Part shown: positions 37,443 to 49,328 of the stretch, piece after piece
Numbering within the stretch: the stretch's first letter is position 1
Layout of the letters: each line of letters opens with the position of its first letter
Position numbers and translations under genes: made by a program
NCBI GenBank assembly: GCA_013115125.1
Contig: JABANN010000080.1
Span: forward strand, 1 to 64,000
DNA length: 64,000 nt
Direction of reading: 5' to 3'
DNA from: Perkinsus olseni
Taxonomy: Eukaryota
The notes under the pieces: generated by a model
Told to the model about the DNA's origin: nothing
The model's input: only the letters and a program-made list of their open reading frames with translations
Database searches by the model: none

Positions 37443-39124
37443 ACGAATGATCAGCTTTAACTTAAGATGCGGCTATCTACTTTTCACGACCGGACCACCA
37501 GGGCTGGAAATTTTAAGAGGTGTATCCTACTCGCTCATGCTGATTGCTTGCAAACGCTCTCGTGCTGGCGGCCCGAGGATACATTCTGTCAGGGAAATGA
37601 GTATCTCGTGCGAAGACGGCATCGCTCGCCTCCAGGGGCGCAGACCGCGTGGAATGACGACAGCGCAAACTGCTCAGGCTGTATCTTAGGAATCTTAAGA
37701 GCATCGCGTGGCCCACTGCTATTGAATAATCCGCTTTTCGCGTTCATGAAACGGGGCCCCGCCGAGCTCTTGAAGCCGGGTTTTCTTGGGACCATCCAAT
37801 CCGGTAGCAGTGAACGGAAGTGGGACAGCCTCTGAGACCTTTTCTCGTTTTAGCTCTCAATAGCCGTCTCAGCAGGACGAAGATTTCGCCATGTTGCACA
37901 TTTGCATGTGTCTTACCAATGATATCAATCGTATCCTTTCAAGATTTTGTCTTCGAAAATTTCCATTTCGAAGAACCCTCAGTGTTAGTGTTGATAGTGT
38001 TAGTTGCTGCGGTTAGAATAGTGGGATTAACAGACTAGCCCTGAGAGTGATACATCGATATGAACGGTCAATTTTCCAGGGACAGATAGAGTCCTCCTGA
38101 GGCTGTATCGAGCGTGAGCATACTGGTCATACTGTGAGCACGTCCATGCAAGCCTCGTTCAAACCGAATGCACTCTGAGTGCATTTCCAGGCGTTTTCAG
38201 GGTCATTTCTGAGTGCAGCAATCAGAAATGGCCCTGAAACGCTCTAGGTTTAACAAGGAGCACCCATGGAGATCTCCACCCGCCGTCCTCTGTGTTGAGT
38301 GAGCGGCCTCCTCGCGCTAAAATTCGTAGCAATAACGTTGGTTTATGTCTGTCGCAGCAGACACTAGCGAGAGCTTGAACTAGCCTGGTCCGACGCATTA
38401 GAAGGCCTTAGCCCGAATGTCGCGGATTTTCTGCTACGTTCACACCGCTAAAGCCATCCTGGAGCAGCTATGTGTTCCCGCAGGGTAAAGAATGCCGTAA
38501 AATGATAATGATAAGATGATAAGGTAATGATAATGCCGCAATGGCCGGCATTATCTCGCTCGATCCTCTCGTAAATAGGTGGTTCGGCGCGACACTTGTA
38601 AGCTTCAACCATGGCACAACCGCGCAGACTACTCCTCAATAACAATACGGGCTTCCAATGAACATGAATAATAAGATAAATCATAGGGCGGGTTTACACA
38701 CGTTAAAGCCGTCCTCAATCTGAATCTCGTAAAGCTCAACCCCTGCCGCAGACCGCTTCAGATTCTGAAGCGATTCTGATTTCTGAAGTTCAGAAAAGTG
38801 GAGGGAGGCGAAAAGATTACCGGAAACGAGAAGTTATAGCTAGAGACAGGCCTTACAGGGCGTGGACTGCCTCGAACACCCACTAGATCATAAACACTCA
38901 TTACCTTTCTGCGACCAGCGCTACGGATAAACAGTCAAACGGGACAACGGTGATGTCACTTTCGGTCATTTATTGTGGCGAGCGGAGATATTCGTGGCGC
39001 GCGGGAAAAGTAGCAGGGGCATCTTCTTCCTCATGGGGGGTACTACCTATTTATTGTTGTTATTGTAGATCTCTTGTTCTACCTTGGTGTAGAAGTAAGC
39101 ACCCATTTGTTGTGTAATATTACT

Positions 39125-39565
39125 ATGATGACCGCCGCTTCGCCGTTGGATCCCTACAGTACCGCTGCCAATGCTTGGCGACCTCAGCAGGACTATCAGA
39201 CCGCTACTACTGGTGATGATAATAACGACGATGATTTGCAGAGGCTGATGGACGCTCTCTCTCCCGAGGACCAAGCCTGCATCAGGATGCTCCTTCGGGG
39301 GACTAAAGCGCCACAGGCTCCTGGCCTCATCCCATATACAGGTAATATGGTATCTTAGCTTCAACCGTGAAAGATACAAAATAGGTCAAGATGGTGACCA
39401 TGTTGAGAACCTTGGTCAGGTCAGCAACTTTCATCGACTCTCTTCGACAGTGGAGATCTCTCTCCTGAGTCCACCACTGCTTCCTCGTCATCCTGCAATG
39501 ACCTCACACCCCAGCCCATGCTTGCCGTGCCTTCTAGCATCATCGATGCATGCAACACCATCATC

Positions 39566-39600
<35 letters not shown>

Positions 39601-40559
39601 CCAAAGCCCTGCTTCTCCATCGTCGTGCTGCTGCTCTCCTGCTGCCCCGCCGTTGCCACACAAGGCAGATGCTACCGGCATGAGTTTAACCGCTCGAAGA
39701 AGAAAAGTAGGTCTCCCCATCTTATCAAATTTCCTCTTATTATTACCATCAGGCCCGTCGCCAAAACCGTGTTGCTAGTTGCAGCCGTTCCTCTGCCGTC
39801 AATGATCCCGAGGGCTACAGCACCCCCAACAGCCCAGTCTCCTGCGTCTCAGAGGTCACTACCGCCGCCCCTACCACCACTATTGCTATGCCCCCTCTTT
39901 CTGGTCCCACTACCATGATGATCCGTAACGTCTCCAAGCGCTATACTCAGCGAATGCTCATACAGGAGCTCACCGGTCGCGGTTTCGAGGGTACTTTTGA
40001 TTTCTTTTATCTCCCTACGGACATCTCTTCTGGGAGGAATCTGGGCTACGCTTTCGTCAACTTTCTCACCCCTGCCCTGGCAGCAACATTCAAGTCGGTC
40101 TTTCACAAGTTGCAGCTGCCCGGCAGTGGTAGTCCCTCGACGTTCGGCGATGCTGCTGGTGCCAACAACAACAACAACAACAACAACTGCCTCAGCATCT
40201 CCGTGGCTGTGGTTCAAGGTTTGAAGAGGAACTTGGACAATCTCGTCAGGAACGCTAGTGTCCACAGGATCAAAAATCCGGAGTATCTCCCCCTCGTTGT
40301 GGATCCTGTCAATGGCTGTCTGGCCCCCTACATGGTGCCACCCCATGCTGGTCACAAGCCGCAGCAGCAGACGCGTCACGGCGTCGCAAGACTGCCCTCG
40401 TCGTCGTCGTTGACTCCTCCTGTTGAGCAGCAGCAGCAGCAGGGCGGGAGGAGGCGTAGTAGTGAGAAGCACCATCATCGTCAGGGAAAGCAGAACAATA
40501 CCCAGGCAGTACAAAATGTAGTAGACGGGTCGGGAAGTTTCTGTCGTTTCTTGCAGTAG
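39125..40559 (+). CDS. Mei2-like RRM (RRM3/RRM_2) RNA-binding protein
   Basis: TTMMIRNVSKRYTQRMLIQEL...FDFFYLPTDISSGRNLGYAFVNF...AVVQGLKRNL; poly-Q/N upstream exons. Confidence 0.85.
39565..39602. repeat. (CAA)n microsatellite in the Mei2-like gene
   Basis: About 12 CAA units. Confidence 0.9.
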
Positions 40560-42240
40560 TCATAGTGACTTTCAGGCACCCTCTGCTCTGCTGCCACATA
40601 TCCCAACCTCTTCTTTTGCATACTACCCAGCTCCCTTCGACTGCCAACAACAGCGCCAGCTGTAGTGGTCATCATCGTTATCATCAGTAGCAGCAGCAAG
40701 TAGTAGCAGCATTGGTGGTGGTGATGCTGTAGCTGATCTTAAAGGTTGTTATGTTGATTGTTTGCTCATATTTTATCAGAGTACTAGGGTCTGCCATTAC
40801 TGCAGCAGATTCTACGTACTCTGTCAAATTCGTCGTTCGAACCATCTTCATCGGTATTGGTCTATTCATGTGCTCAATGGTCATCATCATCAACATTCTA
40901 GTAAGTACTATCATCATCGTCATATTGCCTGACTTTACTGTTTGACCCCCCAGTACTTACTACCGGTGACCTCTGCTCTCCCTCTACCGCCACCACCGCT
41001 GCTGCTACGTCGCCCCTTGCTGATGTATGCTGCTCGTGCCAGGTATTGTCATCATCATCGTCGTCGTGTTGAATGACCTTTATTGTGGATTATCATTGAT
41101 GATTCTGCCCATCCCCTCCCGTTCTTTACGAAGAAGCCGAAAACTCGTGTATGGTGTTTGCCCAGACTGCGGCGGCTGCGGCACCCGTGACAGTTGGCAG
41201 CAGCAGCAGCCACTACCAACTCCCTTCTACTACTGCGTCTTGCAGTCCACCTCAACCATCTATTTTCATTGCTAGGCATCGTTATTGCCGACTACTACTA
41301 CGGTGATTTTCGCTGGAATGAGTGGGAATATCTCATCCAGTGCGAACTCCCTCTTCCCTTCGACCTCTCATCATCATCACAGCTCACAGTGGCTCAAGCT
41401 ATCACGTTCACAGAAGCCAATAATCATACAGTGACGCTATTTTCATTCTCCTACTGTTGCTCGTGGTGATGTCATTATACCGGTATGGACGAGGGTTAAA
41501 GAGCGGTTACCCCTTTTTGAGGTTGTCGACTATCGATTGGAATGGGGTTAATTTTTTCTGCTGCTGCTGCTGTTCTCTGTCATCGCCTCAGGGAGGAACA
41601 GCTCTCCCTCTGCCACAGAATCATCATCAACATCATCACTAGTTCGCCACTTATTCTTCTTCGTCATTATCGTTGTGATTTTTCCTTTGGAGCGTCGGCA
41701 GCCACGGTATGGTTGTGGCAGCGGCTCCCCCCCCAGATTATTGTTCTCCCGTCGTTGTTGTCGTGGTCGTAGTAGTAGTACTTGTCGTCATCTTCATCCT
41801 CGGTTGCAAATGACAACAGTTGATCTGGGATGTTGATTACCGTAGGTTATGGTATCACCGTAGTAGGTCTGTCTCCGTCAGCTCGTTGTATCAGCACCAA
41901 CAGCAGCAGCAGCGTTGACTCTCGGTCTCCATTATACTAGTCCCTCACAAACTACACAGAAATGGTGACGGGATTGGAGACTTCAGGCTGCTGCCTCGCC
42001 GTGATGACGTTGGCAGAGGCCGCCCAGCAGCAGCAGCGATGATGAGCACCTCAACGGATTAGTATTGGTATCATCTTCGTTGCTCCTGTGGCCCTGCTCT
42101 TGCTACTACCTTTCTTCTGTACATTGGTGGTACTACTGTTCCGCATCGATGGGAGTCTTATCATCACTACGGTCATCATCATTCCACGGTCGTTGTTGTG
42201 TTGTCCAGTACGGGGGGCCACCGACAAACCTTAGTAAACT

Positions 42241-44560
42241 ATGACGGCCTTCTCTTACGACCGCGCAGTCTGCTACTGCCCTAGAGCCATCAGAGACTCT
42301 TCCCACATCCCCCTGTCCGCCAAGACTGGCTGGTCCCGGGAAATTTTCAAAGTTACTGTCGGGTTAATTCACACCTGCGAGGGTGTTGGCAGCAAAGAGC
42401 TTCTCACGATGAGTCCGGTGAATAGGAGGGACATCAGCCCCTCCGCCTTGCCGCCGTCTTTACTCTACCCGTGCCGGGCATGGGAGCAATTTACTCCCGT
42501 ACGGCCGGGCAAGCGTCCCGTTGATCATCTTTTGGTATCGGTCGACATTGACTTGAAGGGAGGACGACTTCTCCTGGCCGCCGCGAAAGAGTTGTGTGAC
42601 GGGCTGCTGGCTAGCTTGAGGAGGGTCTGCGAGATCATGAAGACGATGGCCGAGGCGCTCCCGAGCTTGGAGGTCACCATTGATGCTTCTAACACGCCGC
42701 CACACCAGGCGATGGGCCTCTGCTGCTTCCTGTCGCACTTTCTGATGGGAGTCTCGAACTTGGTAGAACATCTTCGGAGGCGGGAGGTCGACAAAGAGAA
42801 TTCGGAAGAGTGGTACGACGACGAGCCTCTCATCGAGATCGAGATAACAAGATTGAGGATGGCCCATTGTGGTCTTACTTTGCAGCATCTCGCCCAATCG
42901 CTGCTCTCGGGCCGACCAAGGGTGGAGTCGGCAGCTTCGGTGGCGTTAGGAAGTTGGGATCTGTCCTCCAATGCGATCAGCGGTGAGCGAAAAGCGGAAG
43001 TCAGGAAGTCTTCGCTGCTCTCTGTCGTGAAGGTCGTATGCAAGTCTCTTAAGGAGGTAGACATCAGTTGGAACCTTCCGGGCTGTGCGGATCTCTTCCG
43101 CTCCTTCTTGCCCACTTACCCTCACGCTGCCAAAATCATCGGGGCTTCAGCAGTTCTACTACGGGAAGAGGAGGTCGGTCCGAGGAAGGGGCCCTCTGAC
43201 GCTTTTGAGTTTAACCGGACACAGAAGTGGTCCCTCCAGCCTGTCGCGAACAGTCGATCGGCGGTCGAATGGGAGCGCATCCTCAGCGAGGTTCTGTTGT
43301 CTCGGGTAAACGACGCTGTCACCAAGGTCTTCGGAGATGACACCGAGAACGGAGACGCTTACATAAGAGTGAGCGCGTCGGGCAGGCTGCTGTCGCGCGG
43401 ATGGAATCTCATCAGGTTTTCGGCTCATCATTGAGCGGCTTTGCCCTCGCCAGTACTGAAGAGAGTGATGTTGACGCCGTTGTGCTCCTGCGCGGCCACG
43501 AGAGAAGCATCGAAGATAACCTAGAGGAAGGACCGTAGATTCCCCCAGTAACGTGTCCGAAGGCGGAGCGATGCATTCCTAGGTCGTCCCCATGGCACCG
43601 GTGGTCTCGAGCCTTCGTCAACACCCTGTCGAGGTCCTTGCCCCGGACGCCCACGTCGTTCAACAGAACGAGGGGATACTTCTATAGGATGGAAGTACGT
43701 CGGACGCTGCCAGGATTTTTGATGAGAATTTTCATTCAGGTGTCCGAGGCTATTACTCGTGCCCGGGTCCCTATATTGAAGCTGAAATTAACCCTGGCCG
43801 AAGATGATTCAGTCCCTTTAGAGGTCGTGCAGGTTGACGTTTCCTTTATGAACTCATTGGGCGTGAAGAACTCGGAGCTGCTCAGAGAATATGGCAGGCA
43901 AAGAAACCAGCAGCATCCGGTCAACCGTCCCTCCGCCCTCCCCAGGTTGCACTCCTGCGTCATCCCAGTGGTGTGCGCCGTGAAGGGTTGGGCGAAGCAG
44001 AACTCTCTCGTGTCGGCCAAGAGCAACAACTTCCGAAGGCTCACATCCTACGCGTGGACTATGATGGTCATCTTCTACCTGCAAGTTCGAGTTGGCCTCC
44101 TCCCGAGTCTGCAGCGGCCACCGCTCGATAAGCGCGGAGCGACGCGGCGGCCGACCTTCTTCTTGGGTGCGCTGTCACGTCCCGTTGTGTGTTTCGCATC
44201 ATCACCTTGGCAGATTCCGACGATGAGGATCTCCAAACCGCCATTTTCAGAAGGGAAATTTGCCTGCATTATTACGACTACCGTCTGGAGGACGTCGACC
44301 AACTCGTGCGAGGCTTCTTCCGCTTCTACAGCCTTGGCGAGTTCCTCTACTCGTCCCCAATAGACATCACCACCGGGACCGTCTCGCCACCCCCGACTCT
44401 TGAGCAGCTCAGTGAAGTGTCGTCAGCGGTGAGAGCCGGTCGTTGTCTTCCACGGCCGGTCATAAGAGACCCTTTCCTTCGCCGGAAGGATCTAGCATCC
44501 AACTGTGGCGACTGGGTAGGTGGGGAAGTGTTGTCTGTAAAACACAATACTCAGATGTAG
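42241..44560 (+). CDS. Cid1/TUTase-family terminal nucleotidyltransferase with LRR-like N-terminal region
   Basis: VFGSSLSGFALASTEESDVDAVV, ARVPILKL, VDVSFMNSLGVKNSELL, VKGWAK, LTSYAWTMMVIFYLQ, LVRGFFRFYS, VIRDPF. Confidence 0.88.
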
Positions 44561-44618
44561 GAGAAGTCAATCTTAATAAAACACAATACTCAGATGTAGG
44601 AGAAGTCAATCTTAATAA
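44538..44618. repeat. 39-bp tandem duplication
   Basis: aaaacacaatactcagatgtaggagaagtcaatcttaat x2. Confidence 0.9.
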
Positions 44619-45942
44619 CGTATGAACAGATCAATGGTAAATCACTCGAGCCTAGTAGAAGGCAATCTCACAAACAGTGGCGCGGCCGCCTGGGACACGA
44701 CAACAGGGAGGCCGCACAGTTTTATAGTATCATAAGCATAGGAATGAGATATCAGTCGGCTGTCTTTATTTACGGATCTTGTATCGTGGGGGTGCAACGG
44801 TGATGTATGCAATGCGACCCAAACTGTTGTGCAAATCGCCTTGCTGAACTAAAGTTTACGGATGAAGTTCATCTTGAAGGTGATTTGCAAAACGGTTTCG
44901 TTCGCACTGTACACGGGGTTACCCCTATATTATCTTCTATTTATGTCATTAGTATTAGACGCTAATAGCATGCTATGTATAAAGACACGTCTCATTCTCC
45001 GTTCCCTCAGGAGTTGATTTACCGCGCCCTTCGCAGCACGGCCACGGCCTAGAGCTAGTCCCCGTCCAGTCTGTGCTGTTGCCACTCGTATGATGAATCT
45101 CAGTCACCCGCCACTAAACTCCGATAGTGTGTAGTGGCGAGGTACAGTACCGCTGCTGCTCTTGTCGTTGTTGCTGGGTTGAATACGCTTATGTAATGCG
45201 GACTTTCATATTCTTCTCCGTCTCTTGAGTTGAAATGAGTTTGAGGGAACCGATGTCTGTGTGTGTTAACCATCAGGTAACTCAAGTCAATGGTTTAGTG
45301 GAATCCTGAGATTCTGCCAATAATAACACTGATAAAGTCATCAACTAGCGTTAGGCTAAACTTAGGTTCCAAAGTTGTGCGCTTGCACAACTACAGTGTG
45401 TTTGAGTTTCAAGGCCGACGCCGAAGCACCTGTTACTCATCGCGCGCCTATCGTCTTGTGCATGCGTGCTAATACTCCAGCTACTCCCGAGTATAACTAG
45501 GTAGACAGACTCTACACTCCTTCTCGCCCTGCGTTGACTACAACAGAGAGGCAACACCAACGATGTATCTTGTTTCAAGAGGGATGAGTCCAGGCAAATT
45601 TATTGAGCACAGAAAGTAGCGCTCAGGCAGAGGGTAGGAACCGATGTTGTACATCATCACTCAAACTGAGCTCTTTTCGGTTACGAAAAATCTACGAGGC
45701 ACTCTGAATATCCGAAAGGTGGCCAAGGACGCGCGAACGAGTTGATTGTCGGCAGCCAACTGGTCATCATTTCCACCTGTGAGTCCGTTGGAGTACCACG
45801 ATGCGGAATGCTCATCTCTACACGATTGATCCATGCGACGCCGTCACGTGCTCTTTTTATCGTCTCGGTGCGAGAGAGAAAAGTTCGACTTATGCCGTCT
45901 CGCAAAGGGAGACGCTCACAGCTAACTCCTATCGGATCTCTC

Positions 45943-46479
45943 ATGCCCTCTTCTATTCAACATTCTATCCTCATCGCGATCGGTCTTGTCCAGACGGCAA
46001 TGGGAAGCCCCGCTCCTCTGCCATCTATCGGGGTCTACGTGAGCACGCCTGACACGAAGCTTCCCCCTGGAGTATCCGGTGTCGAGGTTGAGATCAAACA
46101 CGGAGGCTTGCGGGTTGCCAATCTCGCGTTCAACCGAACTGAGGGGACACGGAGCATTATCCCTGACCTCGCTATGAGGAAAAGTTGCAGCGATATATTG
46201 ACCCCCTTTGGAAGGTATATCACAAGGAACTGCTACACACTTGGGAATGACCAAGATATTCCCAAGTTCCACAAATGCACTTTGCATGATATATTGTTCT
46301 TTACGCCGAGAGCCACACAGATCTGCGTGGATAGGGATAGTTCCGACGAGAAGGGGAAGTACTCGAGGGCGAAGCTCCACCTCGGCCGAGTGCATGTTGA
46401 TAAGTACAGAACAGCTCAGTTCAGTATCTCACTGGTGCTGGCCGAGAGCCATCGAGCGGCTGTTAGCCGAGTACTGTAG
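45943..46479 (+). CDS. Secreted lineage-specific protein
   Basis: MPSSIQHSILIAIGLVQTAMG signal peptide; 178-aa open frame with several Cys. Confidence 0.65.
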   Translation: MPSSIQHSILIAIGLVQTAMGSPAPLPSIGVYVSTPDTKLPPGVSGVEVEIKHGGLRVANLAFNRTEGTRSIIPDLAMRKSCSDILTPFGRYITRNCYTLGNDQDIPKFHKCTLHDILFFTPRATQICVDRDSSDEKGKYSRAKLHLGRVHVDKYRTAQFSISLVLAESHRAAVSRVL

Positions 46480-49328
46480 ATCACGATCACTCCTACAGCA
46501 AGGTGGGGATGACTGATGATCGCGATCAAGCGCTTCACACCGCAGCCGACGGCCCACCACCGAGCGGAGGCGAGCCGACTGTCGACCAAGACGGGCCTAT
46601 GGACCTCTCTATGACGCGGTCACATGACCCTCCTGTTGCCAGTGTCGATACCAGTCAGGGAGGGGGACAGCTGATGGGGCGTAAAAGATCGAGGAAACAG
46701 AGCAAGCCTCGACGGGTATGGGAGAGTGATAGACGAGAAGATGATGAAGACAATTAGTCCAATCGGATTAAACTGCATCCAAGTATGTGTGTGTGCATGA
46801 GTTGTCGAAGATTTGGTATTGAGTTGAGTGACTCTGTATTGGACGAAGCAACCGGCCGGGTAGCCCTCACCCCACCCAGTATGAGATCATGATGAGACCT
46901 CACTCGGTGGTCAGGTCACCGGAGGTGCAACTTACCAGTCTGAGCTCTCCTACAAAGTGTGGTACACCCAAATTTCGCAAACTTCGGGAAACTCTGCAAC
47001 GGGCGCCTCGTATCTGATTTCGGTGATGAGGTACGGGCCAGGTTTTTCGACATGCCATCGCGAAGCGGCTTTGTGAAGTCGTGTTCACTGGATGGAACAA
47101 AAGTGGCATTGCTGGGCGTTCCTCGGATGATGATACTGCACGGGATGCAACGGCCGTGGGGGAGGTCAGGATGGCCCACTCGAGTAGCAGACGGAATTAT
47201 AACCGATCGTGGGGTCACACTGTGTCAGCTCGATAAGGCTCCGCCGCTGCCGTGCACACCGACAGAGAGGGGTCTGTTCTTCATATTACGAGAATCCACA
47301 GCACGAGAACTGGGAGCACGCGACGCTTAACAGCAGTGATAAAAAGTTATGAGTCACAGCAAGACATGTAACTCATGGAACAACCGGCAGAGGCCACTCG
47401 TACTTAAGTCGGCGGCGTCTCTGCTTGAGACAAGAAGTGAGTTGTAGATAGTTTGGATCGTCTGGGGTCGAAGTGGCGACCAGATTCGGAAACCTGCGGG
47501 GAAACGCCGTGGAATGCAATGACGAGGAAAATACACGCACTGTCTACATAACACAATCAAGCTGTCCTCATACTAGCTTCGCATTATCACGCCATTCTTG
47601 CAACTACTCTACTTTCTATCTGCTCTATCTCGTTCACTATGAGCCCAATCACTTATGTTCTACAACTGCAGGGCAGATACTCACCGTGACAGGCGTCCAG
47701 TGGAGATGTACTTCAGTCGTACTTCAGAGTGCATCAAGACGCTACATGGATGAAGATACCTGAAACCTCGGATACGCAAGCCCTGGGGACAGTTCGGACG
47801 AACGTGACCTCTCGTCAGTAGCGGCATTCTCTCTGGTCGAGTCTATAAGGCCCTGCCCTCCACAGTCGGACGGTATTCCACAATCTCCGCAAGATACTCT
47901 TTTCAATTTTTCTTTCGGCTGCGCACATGAACAGCACCCTCCTTCGCTTCTCTCATCACTGACGCGAGGTGAACAACCAAGACACCTGACTACGTACGGT
48001 CGTCGACGGGGGGTGTGCGTAAATAAAGCATGCGTGATGATATGTGTAATAAAAAGTGCGGGAGACCTTATATAGTATACGGAGTAGCCTGAGTAGGGAG
48101 GTGAAGTCCCTGCTCAGTTATACATACTGAGTAGAACTAATACTGCATAAACAAAATGACGATTGCACAACCGCTGTCCCCACACCTATAACTACACCAT
48201 CTCCAACCCTACTTAGTAGAACCCCAGAGGAGAAGTGACGACGGGAGGTTTAAGTAATTTGTATAACAAAATAAGGATTGTCCCTCTGTCTTTAAAGCTG
48301 ATATCCCGAGCTATAGCTAGACGTTGTTTCAATAGTAAGTAGATGTAAGTTTCTGTTCCCCTTTCCTGTTGATACCGGCTGCTGTGCTAATTCAATGGAC
48401 TTCTAGTTTAACAGAACATCTCACCTATCCAGAAGAATCCTCCCTTTGGGAATCTGCCGTCCCCAATCCAGCCCATGGACTTCCTTCATCTCCCTCCCCG
48501 TAGCTTCGTCCGCATCTTTCTGTTCCATAATTCGCTCCGCCAGCAGCTCCTGTAATGCTGCAATCTGTTCCTCAGCTTGGCGGGCCGTTAAATCGTCCAG
48601 CTTCTGTGCGGCTTCGGCGCGGAGTCGGGCCGCCTCTGTGATGGGGTAGGGCAGCGGGTTGGGCGACGTTCCTTCCTCCTCGACGCACTCGGAGGGTACC
48701 TCAACGATGGAACGAAACTCGACAGCAGCGCGAGCGTCTGTTTCTTCTTCTACTCAGACTGAAGTCTACTCAGACTACTACAGAGGAGCTCGAGTTCTGG
48801 ATTAACCGAAGATGTCCGGAAACTATCCCTCACCGAGGAGACTAGAGGGCGCAGGAATTGATACGAACCCTCACAAGCTGGCATCAGAACCCAACACAGA
48901 TAGTCGAGATGCCGAGCACGGAGGAGTCGCGCACTGACGCGGCGCGATTGCGGGCCGCTAGCTGATATAGCTAATCTGGCTACTTCATCTACTGCGCACA
49001 ACATCACGGTGTCTCCCTCTCGACGATTAATAGCTGTTACTCGTTATGCGCCGATCGTCTTGTGTATGCGTGCATAGCTGATCTCCCTCCAGAAAGTAAG
49101 CTTGTAAGGATGGGTAGAGATCGTCCCCATACTGCAGAATATTTGTCTCCTATTTCAAGTCTTTTGCCGTGACGCATATAGCGTGAGGTTAGAGCGCATT
49201 ACTCAGATGTTATTGTTGTACAAGCTCGTGTAAAGCCTACGACCTTGACTCATAACCAGTGTCTTGGGTTCGGTTCAATTTACTACAATGGGTAGAAAGA
49301 CTTCACCCTCCTCCCCGCCGTGCGATGA

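Noticed and set aside
38195-38240. 18-bp hairpin resembling an intrinsic terminator
   Set aside because: Eukaryotic context and no U-tract; more likely another fold-back duplication
48050-48740. Possible LTR with a gag-like coiled-coil fragment
   Set aside because: No second LTR, PBS or properly placed PPT found; the peptide is unrecognisable
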